This document shows positions 49,088 to 61,619 of a stretch of DNA of 64,000 bases, one piece after another. Origin of the DNA: Zygnema circumcarinatum SAG 698-1b (Eukaryota > Plantae > Zygnematophyceae); contig CM074810.1 of assembly GCA_037447605.1 (NCBI GenBank), forward strand, positions 1,088,880 through 1,152,879. The letters run 5' to 3'. A program made the translations under genes and the position numbers. Within the stretch, counting starts at the first letter, position 1; every line of letters starts with the position of its first letter. The notes beneath the pieces were generated by a model. That model was given only the letters and a program-made list of their open reading frames with translations, had not been told where the DNA came from and made no database searches.

Positions 49088-49776
49088 TAGGGGGTGTCAG
49101 ACTTAAAAAATTTCAGTACGCGTGTTCGTAAGTTTGACATCAGAACGAGTACTCCAGTATAATAGCGATCCTCGTGCGGCGGAGTACTTTCGTAACCTTT
49201 TTTTTCGTAACGCTTTTCGTAAGATTTTGTTAAGTCTGACACCCCCTACTGTAAATAGTCGTTTCCTTTTCCCGGAATTCCGCACGAGGCTATCCAACGG
49301 TCTCCTCGCTTGCGGCTATTGGAGTCAATGGTTGCCAAGCATTGCCAATAATAGGGGGTGTCAGACTTAAAAAATTTCAGTACGCGTGTTCGTAAGTTTG
49401 ACATCAGAACGAGTACTCCAGTATAATAGCGATCCTCGTGCGGCGGAGTACTTTCGTAACCTTTTTTTTCGTAACGCTTTTCGTAAGATTTTGTTAAGTC
49501 TGACACCCCCTACTGTAAATAGTCGTTTCCTTTTCCCGGAATTCCGCACGAGGCTATCCAACGGTCTCCTCGCTTGCGGCTATTGGAGTCAATGGTTGCC
49601 AAGCATTGCCAATAATAGGGGGTGTCAGACTTAAAAAATTTCAGTACGCGTGTTCGTAAGTTTGACATCAGAACGAGTACTCCAGTATAATCGCGATCCT
49701 CGTGCGGCGGAGTACTTTCGTAACCTTTTTTTTCGTAACGCTTTTCGTAAGATTTTGTTAAGTCTGACACCCCCTA
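49088..49776. mobile_element. Three tandem copies of a 157-bp TA-TSD MITE (Tc1/mariner/Stowaway-like) separated by identical 107-bp spacers (264-bp period)
   Basis: Copies at 49090-49246, 49354-49510 and 49618-49774. TIR GGGGGTGTCAGACTTA/TAAGTCTGACACCCCC, each copy flanked by TA. Confidence 0.9.
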
Positions 49777-50099
49777 ATGGTTGTGAACCATCATCGAGCC
49801 ATTGGCAACCAATGGTTGGCCAAATGGTTCGACCCGTGCAATATATCGCCTCTTTCAGGCCTTGCACTCGATTGACCGACCGACGGCCGTCTCCCTTTCT
49901 TCTCCTTGGCTTTGCGAGCTGTGGATGGGGACTGGAGTGGCGAGGCGAGACGAGCATCTTGCAATGGCGATGCCGATTTGCCACGTTCAAGATTTGCATA
50001 CGTCGTTTGAACTGATTTTAAGAAGGAATGATCTGTCAAGCGATCGCTAGCGCTGCATTTTAGGGTTTGAACTTTGTTGTCTTCAAGACTCAGTACAGA

Positions 50100-53000
50100 A
50101 TGGCTGCACGCGCTGTTCTGTGTCAGCCTGGCAAAACTCAGAGACTGAAATCGTCAATTTTTGCAGAGTTTGAAGGCTCAATCAACTTGAATGTGAATTT
50201 TGGACACCAGAAAAATGACAACAGCGCGCGAGGAGTGGTTTTTATACGGGAGTTTAAGTGTTCGAATCTATGTCCAACGGATAGTTACTTTTCTGAAGTT
50301 ATTTTGACGAACTCAAGAAAGTTTGACAGTGTGAGCTCCAAAAAGAGACGGTTCCTTGGAAGAGAATGCCTTGTTGGAGTAGCGACGCTTAGAAAAAATT
50401 GTACAAGGCGTGTCTCTGATTACAGGGAAGCTCACTTTCTTGCGGCGAAAGCAGGTCTGGTAGAAGATTCTGAATCCTCGCACCCTGAGGATGGAAAGGA
50501 CGAGAGGAGCTCAAGCAGCGTAGGCGTTTCAGAAAAAGCTAGATTCCAAGCTAAAAGGATGTCAAGAGGGCTTTCAAACAAGGTCAACGAGGGTGTTGAC
50601 AGTGAGGGCTTACACGAACAAACTGGTTTTGATAACTTGAATATGGTTTCCATGAGTGAGGAGAGAGCGAAGGAGATTCAGGAGTTTCTTAGCCAGAACG
50701 TAAAGATGCCTCTTGTGTCGAGTACCCGCGTGTTGCAGAAAGGAGCAGGGGTAGAGAGAGGATATAATGCTGAATGGAGTCTGCGAGCCTTCATGCTGGC
50801 TATTGGCAAGTGGATTAAACTAGCTTTGAAGGTAACGTTCGTCGTCACGACAAACTCTCTCACAACCAATAATAAAAAAAAAAAATTAAGATACACACTT
50901 GCTCGATCATTACGAGTTGATCAGAGTGCTGCAAGCTTCCTCATGCATTGTCAATCATGCGCGAGTTCCGTTGCGTCGAGTTAATGATGAAGCAATTTCC
51001 TTAAGCCAAAACAGTATTTTTAGTCTTTCAGTTTCTTTTAGTCATATAAGAGAGAGGGGGGGGGGAAGAAGCTGACACTTCTACGCTGCGTAATTAGTGT
51101 AGTATATCTGTCACCTCTAGAGCTCGAAGAAAATGCAGAATCCTTTCTGGAGTTTAAATGATCCCAACTGCAAAAGGAGCTGTGTGCCTTGAATCGCCAG
51201 CTTCGTTTGCCAAAGTGACAAATCCGCAATGTTTCCTCTGGCGTGTAAGATAAGTTTTTGTTTTGCGTCATGAATACAACAATAGTTGGCCGCTGGTCAT
51301 GCCGAGTGTATCTGTTGACTTGAGGGCATTGTCCTCAAAAGTATCTTAATCACTTCTAATAGGCCCTAATTGAATCCGTACATGTGATATACCAATCCTG
51401 GATCCTTTTCAGGCTCACTAGAATCGGAAGCTTTACTTACCAACACTCTTGTAGAGGCTGATGGTCAAGGATTGACTCACCGAAAGATGTTGGTATTTTC
51501 CATGCTCTCAAGGACGCACGTTTCATCGTCGACCTGGTTTGTTCGATGGTGCTGTTTTTCCTAGAATTTGCCTGCATTATTTATCTCAGTAACGAATGCC
51601 GCCTGTGCTTCGATTCATGAGGCTGTTCCGTGCCGTTTTTCAGGTGTCCATCGTCAGCACGCTGGCACTAGCTGTGGCAGTTCTCGCTTTCAGGCTTCCT
51701 GGTCGACTGAAGAGCACTCGAGACTTGTTTGAACCTAAAGTTGCATTTGCGGCACCTAGTGCTCGTCAGCATCGTGAGAACAACACTAAAGACAGGAAGA
51801 TGGAACTATATACTGAGGGGCAGCAAGCTGAAGTGCACCGCTTAATATCCCAAGGGAGGGAGAGGGGTGCTCTGCCCCAGGCCTGGCCTTCTTGGCAGCC
51901 TGTAGCTGTTTCAAGAAGACAGGCAATGAAGTTGGACATTACTCCGCCCAATCTGCTCGACTTCAACTGGTCATCAGCAAAGCTTACGTATACCCTTGAT
52001 GTGCTTTTGGAAAAGCATCCAGCTACGTAAGTAAGCTGCTGCCAATCTGATGTGCATTCGTTTGAAGTCTACTAGAGGACACAGGATGGAGAAATGACAA
52101 GCATTCTCCCCGTGGGTGCATGAAAGCCGAGTTTTTCCAAGGAGCTCGGCTCAGGAGTTACCATTGTATCATGTGGAACTATAGATCTGCTTTTATGTTT
52201 TATGTATGGTTTCCACACAGTATGAATGTCAATAATTGTTCATGAATAAAATCTGGACTGCCTCTATAGGAGGTTTGGAGGTTTGATATTCAAATGCAAG
52301 CCACCCATGGTCTGCTGAGGATTTTGTGCAGGTACATATTGCTCCTGATGGTGCTCTGCTTCACACTCGTGTCAATCGGAGGAGTCGTTCTCCGAAGTTA
52401 CCGGTACTGCTGCTTTACTATGTCATCTGATAGTTCGGTGCTGCATCCAGAAATTGCTGATACCAGGGTTTTTTTTTTTTGGTAAAAATAGTGCCTAAGA
52501 TCAAACATTCTGTCGTGAACTTGTCTTTTGTTGGTTGTCCACGTGATTGCAGAAGTTACTAACGTGCATTACAAGCTTGTAGCTTCTTATTACTGAAAAT
52601 AACTAGGGATATGAAGAGCCTGAGTTGTATTGCTTTCACTCGAGCATTCACTCGAGAAGAGGATTTACACGTAAAGAACATTATTCTAGAATACAGGATG
52701 CTGAGGTAGGCTATGAACCAGAGTCGTAAAGCATGCTTTTCAAGACAGGCCGTTTATTCTTTTGGAATTTTGTGTCTAGTTTTTAAAAATGACTCCATGG
52801 ACAGCTGCGACCATGTCTGACGGGATTCCGGTGTGCACTAAGAGATCGATCCCTCTTGAGTTGTTCTTTGATTTAGTGATACAATCATTAAATCCAGCTG
52901 GACTTAGTTACAGCATGCCGGACTCTTGGTATCCGGCAATCCACAGATTGTGGGTTAAATTCTTAGTAGGCGACGCGACTTATGTTTGCCCAATAAAGAT

Positions 53001-56000
53001 GTCGATGTCTCACAGTCTAAGGTACTAAAGAATACAGCCATTTTAGCATTTTAAATGAGAATATGATTAAAACCTATAGGAGAATCACATTACACATATG
53101 TTGATAGGAAGATCTTCAAAACCATTATCTCATCCTGTGTATGAGGCTAGAAAGCCACCCTGCGTTGCTATGCAGTACAATGCATAAGCTTGCTCTCTTG
53201 GACCTTCAACGTCCTGCTCCCACTCTATAACTGCAGAAAGGGCGAGTATGGCGAAGCCCTCTGGGAGGCTTGGGCTTGCGTGGCCTCCTCCTCGTTTCAC
53301 CTCCAGGTAATCCCCAGGGCATGTAGGCAGAGAGTATCCTGAACGGAGCCCCTTACCCATACCTAGAGGCTTATTCCAGAACGTGTGTTGTTTTTGGCAT
53401 GGGTTGGCTGTCTGGGAATGCGGTATGTGGCCTCCGGTTCATTTTCGAATATGGTAATGTTTGGACCTGGCGGAACGCTCGTTGTCTGCTGTACCTTTTC
53501 GAGCATTGTGGTTCGCCTAATGACGATGCAGGGAGCCCTGCGTGCCATTGGGAGAGGCTATGTGGGAATCGTGGGCAAATGTGTGCTCCTCTCGCATGCA
53601 CCTGAGGGTGAGTCAGCTCCTCTTCTGGCCAAAGCTGCTCAGAGAAGGAGGATTCGCTTGGCAAGACCAAGCGGGACATAGGAATTCCATGAAATTGAAG
53701 GTGGTTGGGGTGGCAAGAGATGAGATAAGGTTGAAATCCTGCTGCACACTTACAACAGTTCGGACAGTTGCAAGGCAGATATATGAAGCTCGTGGTTGAA
53801 TGTGAAAAGCAGCATACATAAAGAAAAGGGAAACGATCGTAACCTGTCAGAGTAGGAGAAGGAATTGTGTAGCGGTTGCTTGCCTTGTGTTGTACCTCAA
53901 GCGGACAGTTGTTTGAATTGCTTGGTATACGTTTTCCATTACCTTGCACCTTTGTGGAATGTTTCCTTGTCGTCTTCATTGGTCTGGCTAGCTTTCGTTC
54001 TTCCGTCTACTGAAGGGGCAGGTTCGCATGCAATCTGTGATTGCTTAACTGACAGTGCTCCGTCCAGGTGGTACATTTACGGCATTTTCTGGTTGTCGTT
54101 CGATGAAAATATGTCAAGTGGAACTTTTATCATAGAGAATGACTATGCTCAATCTCAGAATACTCTTGTGTGATGTACGATGCAGGAAAAGACAAAGCAA
54201 GGTCGTATAATTGGCATGATGTTGGCCCTTGGAGGACTCCTTTTCTACTCCCTGCTCACAAGCACCATGACCGCGAAGTTCAAGGTATGGACTTTTGAAA
54301 TTTTCAAACTGCTGCTCCTCTACAGCTTCCACGGTTTTATGCAACCCATCCTGTATTGAAGGTCGATCTTTTTTCACAGAATGAAACATGTGAAGCGCTC
54401 GAAAATTAGTGGATAAAGTATTTGGAAGTTAACTGCTACAAGAGCTCTATGGAGCCTTCAATCTTTCGGATGTATGTACATCCTTTGCTACACACGAGCA
54501 ATAATAAAAAAAAAAAATGGACGCTTTCTGCAGGAGCGCATGGAGAGAATTCGAGAAGGCGGTTATTCGCAGGTGATGGAGTCGCAGCACATTATTGTTG
54601 TTGGTAGCAACAACCACATTGGCACTGTCCTTCGTCAGCTGAACAAAAGCCACGAGTTTGCTGTTCGAGATGGCACAGCCGACAGGAGGTATTCAACAAA
54701 ATCCATTTTGCTTCTGGTGATCCTTCTTTCCCAGTAGATGGAGGGTAATGGAGGTGCCAAAGTGCACGCCAATATCAGCAGGAATGGATCCACTATTGGG
54801 GGCATATTGCAGGAAGCAAACAGTCTTGGTGCTGTCGGAGCAACAACGACGAGAGACAGAAAGGCATCTTTCATCCGTAAGCAAGGATTGCAAGGACATC
54901 AACATCCTGACACGCAGGTATAGCAAATGTCTGTTATGTTGAATCGACTGTCTGATAGCCTTCGTTTCCCTCCTTGACAAACTTGTTCGACAAGAGCCTT
55001 GGTAAGTTTTAGGGAATCACTAGAATTTCATGGCATATCTATCCAGCAAATAAATCATTCTCTCTTTTCCGTCCAAACACTTTTGTCCTCCGTATTCAGG
55101 TCCATTCTGTAAGTCCACAGTGCAAAACGCTAGTGCCACGTGTTGTCGAAGTTGTTTTTGTCACTTAGAGGGAACACTGGTGATGATTACTGTAAATCCG
55201 TTCAGATTGACCTGAGAGAGTGAACCCTTAGATTTTATGTTTGAATTGCTTCATCCACTAATCCTCTTTAACTCAGGAGAAGGTTTTGAGAACGTTTCCC
55301 CAAGCAGCAGCTCATGCATCTCTTGTTCAATTTGTGAACCGCCTAGTTTGGGTATAGACTTTGTACTTGTCTCGTTTGGCTACCAATTCGTATAATGCAT
55401 GCGAATGAAGTTCTTTTTTTTTTTTAATAATGAATAGAGTAGAATGATGCAATACTTTGGAACCCACAGTATTATCTGTTGTTTGTTTCATCAATAGTAA
55501 ACCAATGGCTTCAACAGTATGCTCCTCCAAGCTAATCGCCCATCCCCATATGAAAAAATCATGACGTCATCTGTGCCATACATTCTCCAAGGGACCATGC
55601 TGGTACGGACTGCATGATCAGACGTGCTCCCTTAAATAATGTATGTGACGCGGAGTGTGGGAAAATGGAGCTGCAGCGGAAGTCTGAGCAGCACATCGTC
55701 ATTTGAGAAAATCGCAGCAGATAAGGCCCGCTCCATCATCTTACTGGCCAGCAAGGATGACAAGTAAGTGCCTAACGCATCCAGCCAAAACTCTACTCTT
55801 TCATAAGTTTTCAATGTTCGAGCCGCCGCTGAGGGTTAAATGAAACATATTGAAAGGCATGTGGCATTTTCCCTTTTGGGAAAAAGGACTGATATCATCG
55901 TAGTCGTCTCTATCTTCTCTCACTCTCTCTCTCCCTCTCTCTATGTCCTCTTGCGCTCTCCAATGGGCAAACAGCTATGAATCAGATGCAGACTCCGTAC

Positions 56001-59000
56001 TGTCAGTGTTGGCTCTGCAGCCTCTGGTGGGAGACAGGCTTGCGAATGTGGTGGTGGAGGTGAGGACAATCTGCAAAAAAAAATTGTATGGACCCATTTT
56101 TTGTTCGGGCTGACATTCGCAGACTATTCACAAAACCCTAAAAACCCTAAATCCACTGCAATTATGGATGTTTGGAAAAAGAGCCAGAAAATTTCAAAGA
56201 TTTGCATGGTACACAGCAGCTCTCGTTCGGTTTCGGTATGCTATATCCCGAAACTTTGTCGAAAGTAAACACAGTGGACTCCTTTCTTCTGGACATGCGA
56301 ATGTAGAGTCCACGATGCCTGGTAAAATCACAGATTTCAAGGTGCCGTCTCATGCCACACGAGAGCATATGTCTATGAAATGATTTTTTTCAGGGTTTCG
56401 CAGATAGCCTTGCCCTTCTCCTCCACTTCTTGTACCTTACCCAAATGAAGTATTTGTTTTCATAGTCAAGGAAATGATTTAAAATCCACGTCCGGGCTGC
56501 TCAGTTACTTTGAGGCCGTCATTTTCTTTGCAGGGTGTCTCTCCTTCACTTTTTAACTAGGGAACGATGATGAATTAGCACAGCCGCTTGCTCAGTACTG
56601 GATAATCAAACGAACTTGCCAGAGAGCTGTGCAGGTTTTACACGCAGTTCGTCTAGGTCCATCACAAAGCATCTCCACTACCGCTTCAAGTTGGCCAATG
56701 CACCGTAGCTGGTCACGATGTCTTACTCAATGACAAAAACTCAAAAACTCGATGACCCTCTCGATGTCCTCTGTCTCTCGATGCCCCACTCAACTTACAT
56801 TTCTCGCTACTCTAACGTCCCCAATGCCTGCTGATCGTCTGTGAATGCGGCTTTGTAACTTGGTGTGTGAAGGTTTCTAAAACGAGCACTGCGGAGCTGC
56901 TGTACACTCTGACCGGCATTAAGATCAGCGCTGTAGAGGACCTCTCGGCGAAGCTCTTCGTGCAGTGCAGCAGACAGCCCGGCCTCATCGATGTCTATCG
57001 CCGCATGCTCGACCATGGGAGTGAGCCACCCGCCCATCACTGTCCACCTCCAACTCTCTGCTTTATGGGAGCCAACGCATACAGACAGCGCTTAGGAAGG
57101 GTGATTTTCTGAAGGGATGATGCACTACAACGCAGCGTTTCTGTTATAGTCTTCGTCGTCGTTGCTTTCACGCATGCTGGTCGGCCTATCTGTTGGTCAT
57201 CTTCCTAATTCCAACAGTTTTGGGATATCAGAAGAGGTGATCAACCTGCGACACTTCCCTGAACTCGCTGGGCTGCCTTACCGGGAAGTGAGGAGAGGTT
57301 TTCAAGAGGTGGGTGGTGTTTGTGGGACTGTGGCATGAGAGAGGGTTTCTTACACAGCAGAATGTGGGATTTATCGAATTGAAGAAACATGTCACTGCCA
57401 CTAATTTCAGAGCTTGATCAACTCAGAATCAGAGCGTTTATGAGGAAGGGTTTGCTATCTTCCGTGCAGGCTGTAGTTTGTGGTATTGTGCGAGAGGGAG
57501 AACCGAAGTTCCGACCTTGGGAGTTTGAGATTCTGCAAGAAACAGACAAGGTAATTGCACATTCTTGAAGATCTATCTGCACACAGTTGTGGAAGGCTTT
57601 TCACCTGCTGCGAAATGCTGGAAAGTTGTCTGAATGCTAAACTTCAGCTCCATTAGCTCCTTCACCCGATCAAGCCCAAGCCTGTGCATGAAAATGTTGA
57701 GTAACCTTCGGCTTATTGTTTACTTAACGCCATGTGTGTACAGCTTATGTTGATCGCCCCCAAGCACACTCACAGAGAGCCCCCGGCAGCTCTCACTACT
57801 TTGGCTGCCGCCTACAGAAAGGCTATTCCGGATCTCTCTGGCAGAGGAGGAGGAGGCGGAGGAGAGAACATCATACATGACACTGTTCTGTCAGCCAACC
57901 TGGGAGCCATTGTTCAACGACCGGCCAAAGCAAAGTTCAAGGTCAAAGAATTGGGCCCCTAAAGACTCGAGAAACCAAATTGGAATTTCGTTACTTAAAG
58001 ATACTGTGACGAGCAGAACTAGTTTTGACTTCATTCTGTGTCGGCTAGTGATTGGAGGCTTGTTGGTGTGATGCAGACAGCGGATTGGACGACGGCCAAG
58101 AAGGAGCGGATTGTCATGTTGGGATGGCGACTGGGGGTGACGGACATGATCCTCGAATACGACGACTATGTTGGGCCGGGCAGTGAACTGGTAAGTCTTG
58201 ACAAGGAGAGCGCTATTCGGGATTTCGGAAGTGATAAGACATTTTCCAACTATGTGTGACAACAGTTGAGTACTTCGTGGGAGTACTTAGTCGCCAGCTT
58301 GAGAGTGCAACTCATTGGGGACCATCTTTCAGAAGTTTTTGTTAATTTCAAGTCTGTTTGGAGCACTCAATTTCATTACAGTGGAAGCCATTTCCAATGG
58401 ATCGTCCACTCCATGGGGTCGGCAAGCTTTCTTGCTCTACCTGTGGTCTTGTATCCCCAATAAGGGTAGCAGATTGTGAACTAGTGCACTGTATGATCAC
58501 TCCAAGCAGTGGCTGCATACGTCACGGTTCAGACTTACAGAACTCCTTGTATTCGAAAGGCAGTGAAGAGGAGTGCTAATTCAGTTTGCTGAAAATGTAA
58601 CTGTTTGTTTTCCCCTAATTCTCTTTGTATTGTTATGTTTTCAGGTGATCCTTGCTCAGACTCCCATCAAAGAACGGCAGGGCCATTTAAGTCGGAGAAT
58701 CCGAGCTCCGCTTCGTAATCTACACGTCACTCACAAGGTAACAACGACCTACTTGGGAGTTCTGTGAATAGCGGAGAGGTTCAGTTGGCTTCAGAGCTAA
58801 ACACATAGTCGTGTTTACCGTAGCCCAAGGACTCTATTGGATAAGTTTACTTCTCATGTCTTCACGACTAGATCACCTGCAGGTACTGACTACGAGATGA
58901 ACCACATACTATTAATAAGCTAGACTTCTTTTGCCTGTTCTCTCTGTTGGGATGCATGCTGAATGTTCTGATAGAAAGTACGATTGGCTTCTTCCTACTT

Positions 59001-61619
59001 TTAAGTGTCCTACTCTCTCACCTTTAGTGACGTTGAACTGGCCTTTGATCTGGACCAGCAAACACGTCACTTATTCTTCCTTCCTCGATTTCAACTATTC
59101 TCGCTCTGCGTCCATCCTGCAGGTCGGCAGCATCATGAGTCGCACCGACATTAGAGACGCCATATTGAATATTGAGGTGCCCGTTCCGGGTCTGGAAGCA
59201 TCAGATAAGTATGTAGCGGCAAAGAAAGGAAAGAATTATGGCTTCAACAGCAGCAAAGACAAGAAGAAGCAGAAGCAGAAGGAGGTGGAGAAAAGGAAAG
59301 AGACGGAGAAAGATAAGGGGAAAGAAAAGGAGGCGCCTCTATCCATCGTCGTGATTTCAGATAGGAGTTTTAGTTCAGGATGTAAGTCATTTGAATCAAC
59401 ACGAAGCTTCCATGATTGCCTACTGTTCAGCGTGTTAGCAAAACTTCCAGTACTTTGTTGCGTGAGTGCGGGTAAAGCATCTTCAAGAGCATGAGCCCAT
59501 ATACCGGAGCCCTGACAATCACCAATTCGGTGTTCTATTGTTTCAGCTCCCGATGGAGGGAAACCTGATAAGCAGTCCGTGTTCTCCCTGTTGCTGGCGG
59601 AGGCAGTGTGCCGGCAGTACGAAATAAAGGTCCGTGATTCTCCATTCTGAAATCAAAAAGCACAGAAAGTACGTCCTGAACGAATACGTGAAATGTACAT
59701 GAAGAAGTACAAGAACGGTTGGGGGTAGAAATTGTGAGTTTTCTGTTTAGAGTCTCCCAAACTTACCGACTTTTCTGATTCAGTTTCTGACTGTGTGTGT
59801 GTGTTTGGGGTTAACTGCTGGTGGAGTTGGAGCAGCTTCAAGCACTTGTGGCGGAATTGGTGGACACGAAGCTCGGCAAACAGGTAGGCTCACGTTTTGC
59901 CGCAAAGAAAGAATAAATTCGGAAAATACCAAGTGAGGAAGGCGGGCGATGATTTTGAAGGTTTCCAGGCTATGATTTCTCTGAATGTCATCTGCACAAT
60001 TTGTTCAAAGAGGTTTAATGAGACATAAGGACCTTCAAGGTTGAGTCAAACTTGCAAAGGAATACAGGGATCCTTATAGTTTTTTCTCCTATTTCAAAAA
60101 TGTAAGGAAAGTGGTTATCATGCTGCCTCAGGATTCCAATGCTGAGGGGCTCCCAAGTTGCATGTTGGAATTTCTGCTTATGAACACAATTTCTATTCGC
60201 AAGAGTTCTACTCCTGCTTGGCTGTTCAGTTCAGTTATAGACAGAGAGGCGTTCTCAGGACATTTCATGGATCTTTAAGCCTCGTTGGTAGCCTCTCAGC
60301 GTTCAATGCCCTCACGTAGTGCGTCTTCCTTCCTCCCACGTACACACCCACTCTCGCTGTCACTGGTAGTGGCTTAAGATGGCCGCCATAGTGAACATGA
60401 GCTGAGTTTTCCCTTCATGGGTGCTCAGGTAGTTAACGCTCATCCCTCAATCAGCTACGTCAGCACCAGCGACCTCATGGGCCTCGTCATTTCACAGGGT
60501 GAGCCGGCTCTGCACTGCTCCCCCTTCAATTTTTGACTTCGACGCTGCAAAAGGTGCACGCGTGATAGCAGGCCGATGACCCGAGGGAGAGTGTAAAGAC
60601 GCTATAAGTACGAAGCGAGGAACAGAAAGGGATGGTTTAAGTACATGAATTGGTCGGACTTTTGCAGTTTAAGAGATAGCCTGCATGCTTGTTGGTTTGT
60701 ATTTTCCTACTCTGAGAGCTGCAGAAGGAACAAAAGCAATTGAACTGCAGGCATAGCAAATGTGCAGCATTCTAGCTATGGACTACGGGGAAGAAGGGAA
60801 GAGGGGAATAGGACTCCAATGCATACACGATGGGGAGTAACAATCTCACTCGCAAGGGTCCCCTCAATGAACAATCAGACTGCAGATTCCATAAGCAAAA
60901 AAGGGAGGATGGACTACATTTCACTCAGTTTGAAACGTTTGCTTTGTGGCAGTGGCGGAACACAACGATTTGCTGAAGATATGGGAAGAGCTGCTCAATT
61001 CCTGGGGGGATGAAATCTACGTCAAGGTGAGCAGCTACCAGCAAAGTTTTACCATGGGGAGGAGGAAGGAGGGAGTTGGGAGCGGGTTGGTTATTGCCTC
61101 GTGCATTCGCCTCATTTGTATGTGTTAGAGCACCCTTCAGATGTGACAGTTTAGCTTAGTCAGGTTCTGTTGTAACTGACTGTGCTGGTTGGCTCTGCAG
61201 AACATAGAGCTGTACAAGCGTCCTGGAGAGGAACCCACATTCGCTGAGCTGGCGGAGCGCGCGGTTTTGCGAGAGGAAGTGGCTATCGGTATTCGACAAG
61301 GGGGGCGAACAGTAAGTGCTTTTCCAGCTCGTGGCTCACAAAGGGTTCAGAGAAACCTCAAGCCCCAACGCATCTGAACGTGATGTGAAGAGTCAATCCT
61401 CTCCTTTCCTTCATATCAGGGTTTAGTCCGAGCATTCTTGGGGATTATGGCTAAGCAACCTCCATACAGATCGAAGACTTCATCTAATTTGTCCCTGCAA
61501 GTATGGTCAGATTTTCCTAAACTAGTGCGAAAATTCTGCAGATGATCAACCCGCCAAAGGATGTACCGCTCTCCTTCACGCCTGGCGATAGCCTTGTTCT
61601 CATTTCCGAGTTTGAGTAG
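50100..61619 (+). CDS. PEC1: Plastid envelope cation channel PEC1/PEC2-like (POLLUX-like, 2 TM + tandem RCK domains), about 22 exons
   Basis: ATG 50100 with transit-peptide-like exon 1. Later exons encode YILLLMVLCFTLVSIGG, GRIIGMMLALGGLLFYSLLTSTMT, REGGYSQVMESQHIIVVG, SCSGSLSSTSSFEKIAADKARSIILL, YESDADSVLSVLALQP, SAKLFVQCSRQPGLIDVYRRML, GFQEAVVCG, LNSWGDEIYVK, TFAELAERA..REEVAIG and INPPKD..GDSLVLISEFE*. The motifs fit the PEC clade better than CASTOR/POLLUX proper. Confidence 0.9.
53237..53306 (+). CDS. PEC pore exon, alternative A (RKGEYGEALWEAWACVASSSFHLQ)
   Basis: CTGCAG|..|GTAATC borders. 70 nt, phase 2 in and phase 0 out, joining exon 52332-52403 to the exon starting at 54186 in frame. 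Confidence 0.85.
53532..53607 (+). CDS. PEC pore exon, alternative B (REPCVPLGEAMWESWANVCSSRMHLR)
   Basis: ATGCAG|..|GTGAGT borders. 76 nt, phase 2 in and phase 0 out, homologous to alternative A. Confidence 0.8.

Noticed and set aside
49088-49776. CRISPR-like repeat/spacer array
   Set aside because: The repeats are 157 bp with TIRs, the spacers are identical, the context is eukaryotic and there are no cas genes.
56130-56155. AAACCCTAAAAACCCTAAA telomere-like motif
   Set aside because: Only two units in an intron; telobox-like motifs are common.
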